Part shown: in pieces, positions 1 through 12,247 of the stretch
Position numbering within the stretch: the stretch's first letter is position 1
Layout: every line of letters begins with the position of its first letter
Source of the DNA: Bugula neritina
Taxonomy: Eukaryota; Animalia; Bryozoa
Assembly: GCA_964035545.1 (NCBI GenBank)
Contig: CAXIUT010000156.1
Location: forward strand, 29,163-60,434
DNA length: 31,272 nt
Direction: 5' to 3'
Program-made: the position numbers and the translations under genes
The notes under the pieces: model-generated
Told to the model about the DNA's origin: nothing
The model's input: only the letters and a program-made list of their open reading frames with translations
Databases searched by the model: none

Positions 1-63
1 CCCAACCCCAACCCCAACCCCAACCCCAACCCCAACCCCAACCCCAACCCCAACCCCAACCCC
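1..63 (+). repeat. Telomere, (CCCCAA)n, left chromosome end
   Basis: Perfect C4A2 hexamers from base 1, ending in CCCC before unique sequence. C4A2 is the Tetrahymena-type telomeric repeat. Confidence 0.98.
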
Positions 64-367
64 TTGATACTTTATATGATATAAAATAGGTATTTAGACA
101 ATCATAACTATCATAAATAAGTGTAAAATCTGCAAAGTAAATGAATCTATGTTTTCTATAATTGAGTAATAAAGATAAAAAGAATCGTTCCCACGAATTG
201 ATAGCAGAAAATTGATTGAATATTGCAAAGAGTATACTCAGCGAGAAGATTAAATATCATTTAGTCATTTGATTGTCTGTCATCATCTTCATTATTAATA
301 TCTATTATAAATTTAATTTTAAATTAAAGGCTGTAAGTTGATAAATACTAAAATATGACCATAAATA

Positions 368-1752
368 TCACATCATTTCAGTGTCATTTATTTAAGACAA
401 TTTCCCTAAAATATATTCTAACAAGTAACTTGCTTTCTGACTAACACTTTGATTTTTAGACTAACCTAAATCTTCCAGTTCTTTTAAAATTCTATGCTTC
501 TATAAATCAAATACTATCTTTGGATCTTTCTCACTAGCTACAACCATTCTCTGTAAAACAGCCAAAACATCTTTCTGAATACTTATAGAAGAATTCTCGT
601 CAAGTGCACTACTGATAACTCTCCACATTAGATCTTTATTTATTGGCAACTGAGAAGCAATATTAAACAATCTTTTGAAAGTGTCTTCATCATCCATCTG
701 GAAAAGCAACTTTTCCCAAATATTTTATTCAATCGGAATTAATTCTCTTTGATGCTGCGATGACATTAATCTTTCAATGATGAAAGAGACAACTCTATAT
801 AGTTTGCTAAGTTTGATACCTGAAACAATACAAGTTACATAGTCGATTCCTTGATGAGGTGATAGTTGGTAGACAGTAGCAAGTAAATTCTGAAGATAAT
901 TACTCTCAAAATCTGCCTCTTTAACAAGCATATTAATCAATCCAATATAACTTTATGCTATCTGAATTCCTAGTACTTTAACGCATTAGAAAAAGATACC
1001 AAAAGATGGCTTCAAAAATATTTTTTTCTATATAACTGATATGATGAAACTAAATATCTCTAATTTTTAAGCTTTATAATCAAAAATTGATTCTTTCATC
1101 ATGATAATACTCTCAAGGATACTAAGTATATATGAATAAAATTTTTAACCTTCTCCCTTATTCTCAGCCTATGGATCAATTGAATTATTTGCCCTTATTA
1201 CAAACTGCTCCAACAAAATTTTATATCCATTACCTGCAGCTAGCACTTCACAATAGTCTTCTTTAGCATTAGAAAAAGATGTCAGAATATACACACATAA
1301 AGACGATAACTAATAGTTTTTAGCATGATTAAGCAAATATTCAAGAAGACCATAGTTATACATCCTTTCAAAAATATCAATACTATGATTTTTCTATGAC
1401 ATTTTAACCACTAGATACGATATAATTTGAAAACACTCTTTTAACCAGATACTATCTTTGATAAATTACATTATATGGAAAATAAGTCCAAGTTCAATCA
1501 ACTTCATCACTTCTGCATAAAAGTTTACCCCATTAATTATCTTTATGATCTCTTAGAATGTTTATTGTAAATGATTTCTATCTTTGAGATTGGCAATCAA
1601 ATTTTGGATTTATGAATTATGTTGATAATTTTACATTAGTTTCATACGCTCTTTCAAGAAAAATGATTATTTTTCTATATGAAGGAATATGTACAATATT
1701 TACGAATCTACTGACGGATCTGTGAACGTTTCTGGTTGATGGCAGAAGACAT
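368..1752 (-). CDS. Divergent importin-alpha-like (IBB + ARM-type helical) protein, 454 aa, 2 exons
   Basis: With TAR=Glu and intron 1675-1694 removed, one frame runs from ATG 1752 to TGA 370-368 and contains ORF-track pieces 725-940 and 500-709. The N-terminus KRSQIRQEIRKYEKESFFLKERM has IBB spacing. The C-terminus LEDLGESKNQSVSQKASYLLEYIL resembles the last ARM segment of importin alpha. Confidence 0.7.
1675..1694 (-). other. Spliceosomal intron, 20 nt (GTACATATTCCTTCATATAG)
   Basis: GT..AG. Removal avoids an in-frame TGA and restores IBB-motif spacing. Confidence 0.8.
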
Positions 1753-1823
1753 AGGGGAATTAATTATAATTTATAAGAATTACCTCCAAAATAAATAATT
1801 TAAATAATATATCTCTTTTTCAA

Positions 1824-3739
1824 TCATTCCTTTTCATTGATCTTAACTTTTGATACTGGCTATTAGTCATCTATCTTATGCATTTTTGTTCTCTTAGGAT
1901 TTGAAATGATTTGCATGCAAATAATTGCCACAATTCTTAACAAAACTCCCATTCCTAGCAAAATAAATATATTATCCAATAATCCAACAGGAGTTCGAGG
2001 TACATACTTAGTTCCAACATTTATAGCATCTATTCCTGCCTGGAAGCCATATTTGAAAGGAGACATATACATTATCGGATAGAATATAACTCTAATATCT
2101 GAATACTCACTTAGATCAATGAAAAATCCTCCCAAAAGCATAAATGGAATAATCAAAACTGGCACCAAAGCCATAGCTGTCTCAAGTTTAGGTATCAGCG
2201 CGGCATATACCAAACCATAACTTGCTGCACAAAAATATACTGAATTGACCATAAGAGTCAATTTAATCATTTAGAGAAAAGTTTGCTAACCAAAGTTAGT
2301 AGCCCAATAAACTATGATTACACCAACAGTTGGGTAAATCAGTTCGAATGGGAAACTAATGCCAGTTCTGGCAATAAAGTATGTAGCAGTTTTATAACTT
2401 TTACTGAAACGTTCTCTCAGAAAAACAGGTCTTTAGTTCGAAAAAGTAGCAAGAGTTCCTTGAATACCTGCAAAACAAAACGAGGAAACAAGAAAGAAGA
2501 TGACTCCTCTGATATTTTGTAACTTTTCAATATTAAAACTATCAATAACAGCATCTCCGATCTAAATAAAGAAATAAATACATTTCCAAAGACAAGTAAG
2601 ATAATAATTGATGTAAATACTGATTGAATTGTTTTAAACAATACATCCATAGGATTTCTTAGCTGACAAATCAATGATCGAATGGTTATAAGATATAGTT
2701 AATAGAAAATTGATATAGTTTATTGGTTTTTTATTTGAACTGTCTTATAATAAGGGTTCTAGATGAATTAGTAGTATTTTGACTCATGATAGAACTTCTC
2801 AAATTGAATTATTTTCTAGTCATGTTTTCTTTTACCTTATTAATAGGATTAGTTCTATTAAAGATCTTCAGCTTCAGTGACACTCATCATATCTAAATAA
2901 AATTCAGAAGCATTCATTAACTCAGGACATTTATGACCTTGCCTTTAGAAGTGAATATATGCCTATTCTGCCTGTCCAAGATAAATACATCTTCCATCAA
3001 CTAGAAGCATCAATCGATCAAATTCACAAAAAAGTTCAGAAGATGGCTGATGGATCGTAGAGATTACAGTTTTTCCTTGTGAAGCCAAATTTTTAAGAAG
3101 CTGAATTACTTGAAGAGCTGTAGTAGAATCAAGACCAGTTGTTGGCTCATCAAGATAAATAATACTCGGATTTGTTATCAACTCTACACCAATAGAAGTT
3201 CTTTTCCTTTCACCTCCACTCAGACCTTTGATAAATACATTTCCAACTTTAGTATCAGCACAATTAATAAGTCCAAGTTGCTTAATAAGGTCTTCGATAA
3301 TTCTAGTTTTTTAGGTCTTGCTCACAATCATTCTGAGATTACATGCAAACTCAAAACATTATCGAGGAGTCAAAGTAGCTAGTAGAGCATCTTATTGCAT
3401 GACATAGCCAATTTACTTACAATATGGTTAAATAGATGGAATAGATTGACTATTTAAATGCATTTCTCCTTCAACTGTTAAATTTTATGACATAAGTCTT
3501 CCTGATAGAAAATTAAGAAGAGTAGTTTTGCCTGAACCTGATGGTCCCAAAATAGCTGTAAAAGTTGAATCTTTTATTAATCCTTGTTGTCGATGTAGAA
3601 TGGTTTTAGTTTCAGCCTTAACCTTTGCATCTATTTTCACATCATAGTAGATTTATATTTTTTGAGACTCTTAGAGGAATGAAGATGACTGACTACTGAT
3701 TAACTTTTCATCTTTACCACTTTTAGACTTACGAGGCAT
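1824..3739 (-). CDS. ABCG: ABCG/White-family half ABC transporter, 631 aa, 2 exons
   Basis: Walker A GPSGSGKTT, Q-loop GYVMQED, signature LSGGERKR, Walker B IIYLDEPTTGLD, H-loop TIHQP, then an ABC2 membrane domain (ERPVFLRER, PFKYGF). NBD precedes TMD. ATG 3739 to TGA 1826-1824 with intron 2562-2581. Confidence 0.96.
2562..2581 (-). other. Spliceosomal intron, 20 nt (GTATTTATTTCTTTATTTAG)
   Basis: GT..AG. Removal joins LVFGN to IGDAV...QNIRGVIFF in the frame carrying the conserved ABCG membrane motifs. Confidence 0.92.
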
Positions 3740-3924
3740 ATTAAGATAGTTTTAGTAAAATAAATATGATATCATACTGACTTAATTCGGCAATAAATCA
3801 AAATTTAGCTATAAACTTCTTCTAAATTTTATTTTAGTGAATTATCTAAATATGATTATATACCTAAGATATAAGTTTTGACTAAAATAGTGTTATTCTG
3901 AAATTATATTCAATTCAAACTAAT
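3740..3924. promoter_or_regulatory. 185-bp AT-rich divergent intergenic region, putative bidirectional promoter
   Basis: Lies between the head-to-head start codons of ABCG (3739, -) and kinesin (3925, +). Inferred from position only. Confidence 0.5.
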
Positions 3925-6900
3925 ATGGAGATAGAATCAGAGTGTGGAGATAAAAGAAACGCCAAAAATAGAGTTAAAGTTGGTCTTAGAGTTCGACCCA
4001 TGATCCAACGCTAGTTAATACACAACGAACGTACTTGTATAGATTTGCCCTCCAAAAAATAAATTATCATTGGCAATGAAAGAAGCTTCAAATTCGATCA
4101 TGTTTTTGATCATTCTTCACATCAAAAAGATATCTATGAAAATTGCGTTAAAGATCTTGTTATTGGATGTTTTGAAGGCTACAATGCAGCTGTTCTTGCA
4201 TATGGACAAACTGGAAGTATATATTTAACTATTTAGGTGGTAAAACCTACACGATGGGGACTAGTACAATCAATATGGAATGTAGCTAAGAAGGAATCAT
4301 TCCAAGAGTTATTTAATAAGTCTTTAGTGAAATTTAAAAAAGAAAAAATGAGGCATAATTTTCAATCAAAGCTTCTTTTCTTGAAATTTACAATGAACAA
4401 ATCATCGATTTACTTTAGAATCACAAAAACATACGAATCAAAGATAATGGTGTTTCTATCAGAGAAGAAAAAGATGGTTCTATCAGTATCACTGGAGTAA
4501 ACTAGTAAACTGTAACATAGGCATCATAAATGATTGGACTATTATAAAAAGGTAGTATTAATAGAACCACTGCAGCCACTCTAATGAATGACTCCTCTTC
4601 TAGGTCTCATGCCATCTTTACGATTTTTATTTAACAAAATCCCCTTAATCAAACAGATGAAGGCTTTATCACTGCTAAATTTTTCTTTGTTGATTTAGCA
4701 GGATCATAAAGATGTAAGAAAACAGGAGCATCTGGAGTTACTATGAAGTAAGGTATCAACATCAATCTAGGACTTCTTGAATTAGGAAATGTGATATCAG
4801 CTTTAGCTTTTGATAAGAAATAACCTCAATTTATATCATATAGAAATTCAAAATTGACCAGAATTCTTCAAGATAGCTTAGGTGGTAACTCTAATACTTA
4901 TATGATAGCTTGTATTAGTCCATCTGATTCAAATTATTAATAGAGTTTAAACACTCTAAAATATGCAAGCAAAGCTATGAATATAAAAAATAAACCTGTC
5001 ATAAATAGAGATCCTCATTCTGCTATGGTTAATCAGCTCAGACAGAAAATAAAAGAACTTGAATAAGAAAATATAAAGCTTAGAGATTTACTTAAAGGAG
5101 AAGGAATACATTTCTAATCTATTATTAAAGAAATTCGACCAAACAATGATTAAATGATCAAGAAGATGCAATTATAGATGATGCTTTGTGAAAAAAAGAA
5201 TTAAAAGTTGTTTATTGATTTAAAAGAAGAGAAGAAACGGAAAAATAATATCTAAATTAAAAATTACGAGATATAAAGATAAAGAGATATTCTTAAATCA
5301 ACTTTAGAACAGCTTAAACTAAGTCATCCTTAAATTCATATTTAAAGTGAAGATTATAGTGGTCGTCAAAATATACCTTTAATTGAAAATTATCTCTTTA
5401 AGATCCAACAATTACAATAATAAATGCATTAAAAATAAAAGAGAAATAACTAATTATTTATTTAATGCAAAAAATTACATTAATTAACAAAAAAAGATGA
5501 ACAACTTTTATTAAAGAAAAATTAAAGCCTCTATAAGTTAAATAAATAGAATAAAATTTTACGAAAAAATATCAATTAACTAAAAAAATAAGTATACAAA
5601 GCTAATCATATTTAATAATGTGATTAATAAGATTAATAAGATTCTGAAAATGAACAACTTTCAGTAATAAGTGAAGTAATGTAAGATGAACAACTAGAAC
5701 ATGATGAATCTTTCAATAGATAAGTATCAGCATTTAGTATAAGAGAATAAAGAATGCAGACATAGATCAAATCAGTATAAGAAAATATCTATGAGAAATA
5801 ATCTATTTTGAAAGATATGGCTCAAGAACAAATGGAATTAGAAATGCAATTAATTTTATAAATGAAATAAAAATATCATAAAAAAATATGTTAAATATAA
5901 AATGAGAAAAATAATCTTGTAAAACAACAAAGATCATAAATTAATATCAATGCTACGAATAAATTATCTCAAAAAATAGATTCTCTTTAAATATAATTAA
6001 GATAATATAGAACTAAAGTTAAAGAACAAAAGCAAATGGAAATCAAAGTTAATAATCAGAATAATACTATTAAAAATTTAGGAAGTTAAATAAAAAACTT
6101 TAAATTACAAAAAATTTAATTAAATAGAAAATTAAAAGAAGATAAATAAAACTTTCAAAAGTTTAAACAAAAAAGAACTCAAGAATTATTTTTAGCCAAA
6201 AAATAAAATGCAAGAAAAGATGTTCAAATCAGAAAACTAACAAATTAAAATAAAAAAAAATCTATTACAGTACTTAAAAAAGCATAATAAATAAAGAAAA
6301 TAAAGAAAGTAAATGATACATTAAAAAAACTATTAAAACCTCATAAAATAAAGACAAACAGGTCTTCAACTCATAGCGATAGAGGTAATAAAAAAGAAAT
6401 GGTTCCAATGGATATCTAGAACAAAGAAATATAGCATCTAGTAACATAATGTTTAAGGAATATGTTACTTAATATAGATAGAGATTTTTAAATAGCTAGA
6501 TATTCAAAACAGTGTTAAGAAATTAATAATGAACTTGATACCTTAGTTAGAGAAGAGTCTAATTTGAACTTAAAAATATAGAAACTCCAAATTCAAGATG
6601 ATGAATTTGATTTTGATCATATTTAGAAAGAAATATAAAAACATAAAATAGATTCTAAAATGAAATCACAAATATCAGAATTAAGAGATAGAATAGGCAG
6701 TCTGTAATAAAATTTATAATTTTGTCAAAGGAAATATTCATAAATTCTTGAAGATTCTAACTCAAGATATCAATATTCTTATGAAACAGCCATATTGTAC
6801 AATAATAAATATGATAATATCAACACTTTTAGAGATATTCTTAAAGGATTTTGTGGGGCATTATATAAACTATTAAGAGAAAACTACTAACTCAAAATAG

Positions 6901-8522
6901 ACATTGAATAATACAATCTAAAAAATAATAATCTATAAACTTAGATATAATAATTAAAATAAAATATTATCAAATTAAATATTTAGCATCAAGAACATAT
7001 TTCACAACTAAGATAAGAACTAATGTTCAAATTTTACTAAGAACTTGAAGAAGATAACAATGAATAACAAAATAAATCAGCTCCTCAAAACAATACCGAA
7101 ACAAAAGTAAATAATAAAGAGAGAAGAGCCTTTTAGAAGAAAATAGTTTAACTTAATAAAAATAATTCTAAATTAAATGCTGATAATGAAATGTGGAGAA
7201 GAAAATGTACTATTATCCAATAAAAATATCAAAGCATGAAATCTATCTTCAACAAAGATAAATTCATCGGCATCCCGAATCGCTAAGAATAAAATAACAT
7301 CAATCACCCCAATCACACAGGCAATAGAGACAATAAAAAATATACCAACTACCAAACACCAAATAACTATAATGCAAAAGTAGGAAATGAAAACTCTAAT
7401 CTTATGGAATAACTTAACAATATGGCATAACAACTAAAAAGCGCAAGAGCTAATAAGAAACATGTATCTTTTGCCGATTAGGTCAATCAAGATCAACCAG
7501 AAAAGGTATAAGTTCCAGCTTTTCATAATAGATACGATTTCAATAAATATAAATGGTAGTGTATAGCAACAATACAAGCTCATAGTAGTCCTATTTTATC
7601 AGTCAAAAGTTATAAAGATATGCTGATATCATCAGCTAATCGAAATATTCGCATTTGGGATCTCACTGATAATAAATTAATTTCTGATATTGTCAATAAT
7701 AACCTAAATACTTTTGTTCGAAGTTTAGTAGTTCATAAAGAAAAACAATTATTAGTTGCAGCTTGTGATAAACTTGTGACTTTATGGGATTTAAGACAAA
7801 GTTCCAATGAAGGAGTACTCAGAGGACATAAAGATGAAGTCAGATGTCTTCCATATTCATAATAACTATCTTTTTACTGCAGGAAAAGGACTACCTAATA
7901 GTGGAAGTTTGATGGTCTGGGATTTAAGATATCTTAACTTTAACACTCCTATGTAAGAAAAATAAAGAAATCAAGATATCTTCTCTATGGTAAATTTTGA
8001 TCGATTTAGACTTCTTTAAAAAATACTTATACTATGGTAGTCGAGACCATCAAGTTAGAAGACTAAATATAGATAATCTTTAAACTTTGACTACTTTCCA
8101 ACCTCCACATATGGATACAGTTACTGGCTTAGCTACTTCAAAAGGACACCTTATAAGTGGTTCAAAAGATAAAAAACCTTCGTTTATGGTCATTAGACAA
8201 CTCTATTTACAACCTAAAATCAACAGTTCATGCATTTAATGACTACATTAATACAGTTTAAAGTACTAATGACCAATATGAAGGTGATTTGTACCATCCT
8301 TTATTTTATGTTGGAGATCGCACAGGCCAAGTTAAAGTAGGCTCAGTTATAAAAGAAAAAATCGAATTTATTGGTGGGTTCAATCATAGTCAATCAGTGA
8401 ACTCTATTTGTTCATTAGAATTAAGCAGATGTGTAGCTACTGGATCAACTGATAGGACAATTAAGTTATGGCAACCAAGCAATGAAACATTTAGCCAAAT
8501 ATAAAATAACCTTTGCAATTGA
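3925..8522 (+). CDS. KIF21: Kinesin-4 family KIF21-like motor (N-terminal motor, long coiled coil, C-terminal WD40), about 1520 aa
   Basis: Motor motifs RVRP, YGQTGSGKTYTM (after intron 4217-4236), [37 protein letters not shown]40 repeats (IRIWD, GHKDEV, PPHMDTV...[16 protein letters not shown]). TGA at 8520-8522. Three single-base frame breaks near 7851, 7990-8020 and 8171-8176 look like sequencing indels. Confidence 0.92.
4217..4236 (+). other. Spliceosomal intron, 20 nt (GTATATATTTAACTATTTAG)
   Basis: Splits the P-loop. Removal restores GQTGSGKT exactly. Confidence 0.97.
7990..8009 (+). other. Probable spliceosomal intron, 20 nt (GTAAATTTTGATCGATTTAG)
   Basis: Matches the length and consensus of the other introns. 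One further missing base is needed nearby to reach the LYYGSRDH frame, and the site lies in an indel-rich stretch. Confidence 0.65.
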
Positions 8523-8561
8523 TTTATTACCTAAATTACAAAATAATATCAAATATAATCC

Positions 8562-9433
8562 ATGTTTAGACAGATTTCTCATATATTGAAATCCTCTTCT
8601 CTCCTGCATCGTCCTCTCTATCGCTGTTATATTCCTCACTTAATGACTAATCACCAAGCATAGATGACTATTCGTGCTACTCGTCGAATGTTTTTAAATA
8701 AAGCTGTACTAAACCAAAATAAAAATGTTATCTATGCTTAAAGAAGAAAACCCTAAGATTTCGTTCTTAAACTTAGAGATCAAGGGAAGTGTCCAGGAGT
8801 AATTATTACCCATTCCAAGAAGAAATAAGAGTAAATTGATATAGTTCTTTCAGGAAGATAGATGAGAGTTAAACAAAGAGAGATAGAAGTGGACTTCAGA
8901 AAGTATTTCTCAGAGTGGAAGGGAAGGAATATATGTGCTTATTGACTTCTATATAGACCAATTTAAAAAACTTTTATCTAGAAAGTGAATTTTTAATAAT
9001 ATGTGCCTGGAAAACCCAATGTCATCAGTGTTTCCAGTTCGATTTACACATCTAGAGTAAAACTTACACTATCGCATGAGATACAAATTTGACTGCCCGG
9101 TTGAATAAATTTCAGTTATTAGCTATAACTATGAATATCCTACAAATTCTACGTAGATGTGAGTTATGTAAATCCTGATAGGCCATATACAATTGGAGAC
9201 ATAGCTAATACTTTTCCTCCAGGTATTCTTTTACATCCTTCAATGAATCCAACAAAAATATTTTTCAAAATAAAAGATGCACCTCCAATAAGCGTGGATG
9301 GTTAGGAAGATATTAAGGAAATCATGACAAATATTAGTATGAGTAACTAATCAGATAAGCCAAAGAAGATGCAGCTACATCAACATCAACATCAACGACA
9401 ACAACTGCTACTCCAGCCAAAAAAGGAAAATGA
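8562..9433 (+). CDS. bL25m: Ribosomal protein bL25-like, probably mitochondrion-targeted, with about 5 apparent homopolymer indels
   Basis: Basic/Ser N-terminal presequence (MFRQISHILKSSSLLHRPLYR). L25-like segments LRDQGKCPGVI, KVNFEEYVPGKPNVISVPV and YPTKFYVDVSYVNPDRPYTIGDI...PPGILL appear in successive frames. Likely end ...PAKKGK-TGA at 9431-9433. Confidence 0.7.
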
Positions 9434-9490
9434 TACTTTTATTAACCAAATCAATAATTATAACTGAATATTATCTGTTGTAAAAAATAA

Positions 9491-10275
9491 ATGGTGCAAT
9501 ATTCACGTATAAAATGTAAAGAATAAAATCATGGAGGAATGTCCTATGAATATCTTTGTCTAAATAGTAATTGTTGCTGATCATGGAAAACAAATATGCT
9601 GCCTCTATTGTTGTGATTAATATCATAGTCATCATAAAGAAGATATTGTAACAGTCAAATAGGTTCTTTATTAAGCTTAAAAAAATAAAAAATAAACTAA
9701 GTTTGGAATGGCTTAGATATTTTTAGAAGGAATCAATACCTGCTGCAACTATGATTAGTTTAAAACTAACATAGCCTAAATACTAGCTTATAGGAAAAAT
9801 AATAGCAGATATGAATAGATCTTAGATTAGTAGATGGAAATCCTTCATAAAAATGTCAAAAAACATTATCATAGAGTTAGAGAAAGAATAACTTAAAAGA
9901 CATTAAGTTAGAGATCAATCGCCCTTCAAAAGCCATTTATCACTCCGATTCTTAACTTCAAAGAAAACCATAGTTATACTCTACATAGCCCTTTTTCAAT
10001 AAGTAATCAATCAGAAGAACTCATGACTGCTTTTGCCTATCCAAATCTAACAAAATTTCATGAGTCAGTCATTATAAATCTTCAAATTGATCGAATCACT
10101 CCATCTTGGCTGGGTATTGGTTTGAGTATTGGCCAATCCAAGTTCGAAGAGAAGTCAAAAAAGCACGTTTTAGCTATTTCTAACGGATGGCTCTCGGATA
10201 GAGGAACATTATAAAAATCAAAGGTTTCTTTTAACAAGGGAGATACTATTTCTTTGAAATGGAACAAAAACATCG
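9491..10275 (+). CDS. 3'-truncated protein with Cys/His (B-box-like) N-terminus, helical middle and SPRY-like C-terminal part
   Basis: MVQYSRIKCKEENH...LCLNSNC[A]DHGKQICCLYCCDEYHSHH needs one indel near 9574. The frame continues through ORF 10023-10214 (WLGIGL...FNKGDTISLKW) and runs into the telomeric tract with no TGA. Confidence 0.6.
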
Positions 10276-10380
10276 CCCAACCCCAACCCCAACCCCAACC
10301 CCAACCCCAACCCCAACCCCAACCCCAACCCCAACCCCAACCCCAACCCCAACCCCAACCCCAACCCCAACCCCAACCCC
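10276..10380 (+). repeat. Internal (CCCCAA)n telomeric tract, 105 bp, oriented as the left telomere of the downstream segment
   Basis: Perfect C4A2 repeats, C-rich on +, starting CCCAA and ending CCCC like the tract at 1-63. Confidence 0.97.
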
Positions 10381-11206
10381 GAATCAGTATTTTATCATGA
10401 TTTATATATTGATTATTATATTAATTAATATAATAGTCAACTCGAAGTTCTCACCATAGTTTATCTAGTCTGAGAGCCGCAAGCTGACTAAATATAGAGG
10501 TTCCCACCAACAGCTTCTGTAGTTCAATATGCAGTTGCCAGAAAACAGGACCTAATACTCACCTTTACATCCTAAGTAATTAAAAAAAAACATAAAATAT
10601 TGAAAATATTGCAATTAACTTTAATTTCTTGCTTAACTATTTTAAATATCATTTTTATGGCAATTAAAATAATCATTTATTTTTAGATTTAATAATAATT
10701 AAATATAAATGAATGGTAAGTCAACACCAATTCCTCCTTAAGGTAAATCCTTATTGAGATAGTCAGTTGACGATACTAAATTACCTCTTTAACATGTTTG
10801 TCTTTAATAGCAAACATCAAAAGAAGTCAAACATCTTTGAACAAATCATAATCAACTCTTAAAATATTACTCAACAAAGGGTCGTAAATAATTAAACTTT
10901 CACAATCATCTAATTTTAAAATATAGAATAATTAATATAGAGATATAGAATATTCTTTTCGATATTGATATTTTTCTGAATAATTTTTTGATTTAAATCT
11001 TTCAAAAAATGGTCTAGAAAAGAGTTAAATATTCTACATATTTATTTAAATCAATAAAATATATCTTTTTCATATATTTTCTTTTATTTTATTTTAAATA
11101 AGTTATTTTTCATTCAATTCATCAAAGGATTGTTTAATAAATATTTTGAACTTATTTTAACAAAAAAACTATTTATATTTACAAATCACAATGACATCTG
11201 ATCTCA

Positions 11207-11689
11207 TCAAATATGATCAAACTTCATTTTATTGTCTTAGCAAGTAGATTAATTTACTTTTGAATCTCTATTCATTGCTTTATATCTGGATCCAAATATT
11301 TTTAACTCAGGATTAACAAATTCATCTATTCTAGCAGAATCATCAAGAATATTGATCATTCTTGAATCTTCTATTAATGATGGTGAAACAACATTGTTTC
11401 TATGTTTATAATCATTCAAAAATCTTACACTATCTGTCCTAAAAGTTGCATTAGATTCTCTATTTAGTATATCAACATGATGGTTCTGTTTGATACCACC
11501 TTCGTTTTAGTTTACTAGATTTATTTAATTATGTGGGACATTTAATCTGTTAGCTGATTTGTTAATAGCTGGCTATCTAGCTTAAAATGGTTCTTGAATA
11601 TGAGTTTTATTTGGAAATAAGACAATCTCGAAAAGTTCTGGATTTCGATATTTTAAAGCTGGTTGTTATTTGTCAAAACAAGTACCCAT
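11207..11689 (-). CDS. Unknown protein, 160 aa, N-terminal MGTC (predicted myristoylation/palmitoylation); paralog family member
   Basis: Open frame from ATG 11689 to tandem TGA TGA. Contains RTDSVRFLNDYKHRNNVVSPSLIE. Confidence 0.8.
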
Positions 11690-11734
11690 ATTTAATATTA
11701 ATAAAAAAAAATTAAGTTTAGCATCTTAAGAAGA

Positions 11735-12247
11735 TCATTTCTAAATTAATTTAGACTTTGATTTGTTCGATAAATTAACACTCTTGAGATTCAAGTTTGA
11801 ATTCATGACATTACCAACATAGTGTGTGTCCTCTAGCTTATCAATCAGATTCGATTTTTAAAGCAAAGAAGGACTCTTCACGTTATGCACATGTTTATAG
11901 TTCTAGAGATGAGAAGCATCACTTCGAGTACTACTTTCAATAGTTTAGTTGCTTAGTTCCAAAACAGACTGCATCTTACTATCTAATTATGGAAATCTCT
12001 AGTATTGCAACGTAGGAGGAATTGGAAGTAAAGAGTTTCCCATTCTAACAGACATTGAGGGCATACTTGTTCTGAACTAGTCAAGATCTCCAGAAGAAGA
12101 ATTTAACGAAATTACCGTTTCTGTTGATTGTGTCAATTCTTTTGAGGATAATAGTTCTTTTTCCAAGTTGATTTTTCCTTTACAGGGAGAAAGATCCTTC
12201 ATTATAGGCTCATTTTTTGTTAGTTTTGATGTATTTTTACTTGTCAT
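11735..12247 (-). CDS. Unknown Ser-rich protein, about 170 aa; paralog family member (start uncertain)
   Basis: Open frame from ATG 12247 to TGA 11737-11735. Contains RSDASHLENYKHVHNVKSPSLLE. Confidence 0.75.

Noticed and set aside
7845-9580. Programmed ribosomal frameshifting in the kinesin and bL25-like genes
   Set aside because: The shifts are of mixed sign, lie in homopolymers, have no common slippery motif and are spatially clustered, so sequencing error is more likely.
10259-10459. ORF with (PT)n repeat in the ORF track
   Set aside because: It is just translation through the CCCCAA telomeric tract.
10440-10575. Telomerase RNA, tRNA, U1 or hammerhead ribozyme identity for the GC-richer island
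   Set aside because: No CAACCCCAA template, no cloverleaf, only a partial ATACTCACCT resemblance to U1, and CTGAGAG does not fit the CUGANGA...GAAA core.
10709-11150. Short ORFs and a consensus-like 20-nt segment GTAAATCCTTATTGAGATAG (10743-10762, +)
   Set aside because: Splicing gives only a 35-aa peptide with no motif. With a single stop codon, such ORFs arise by chance.
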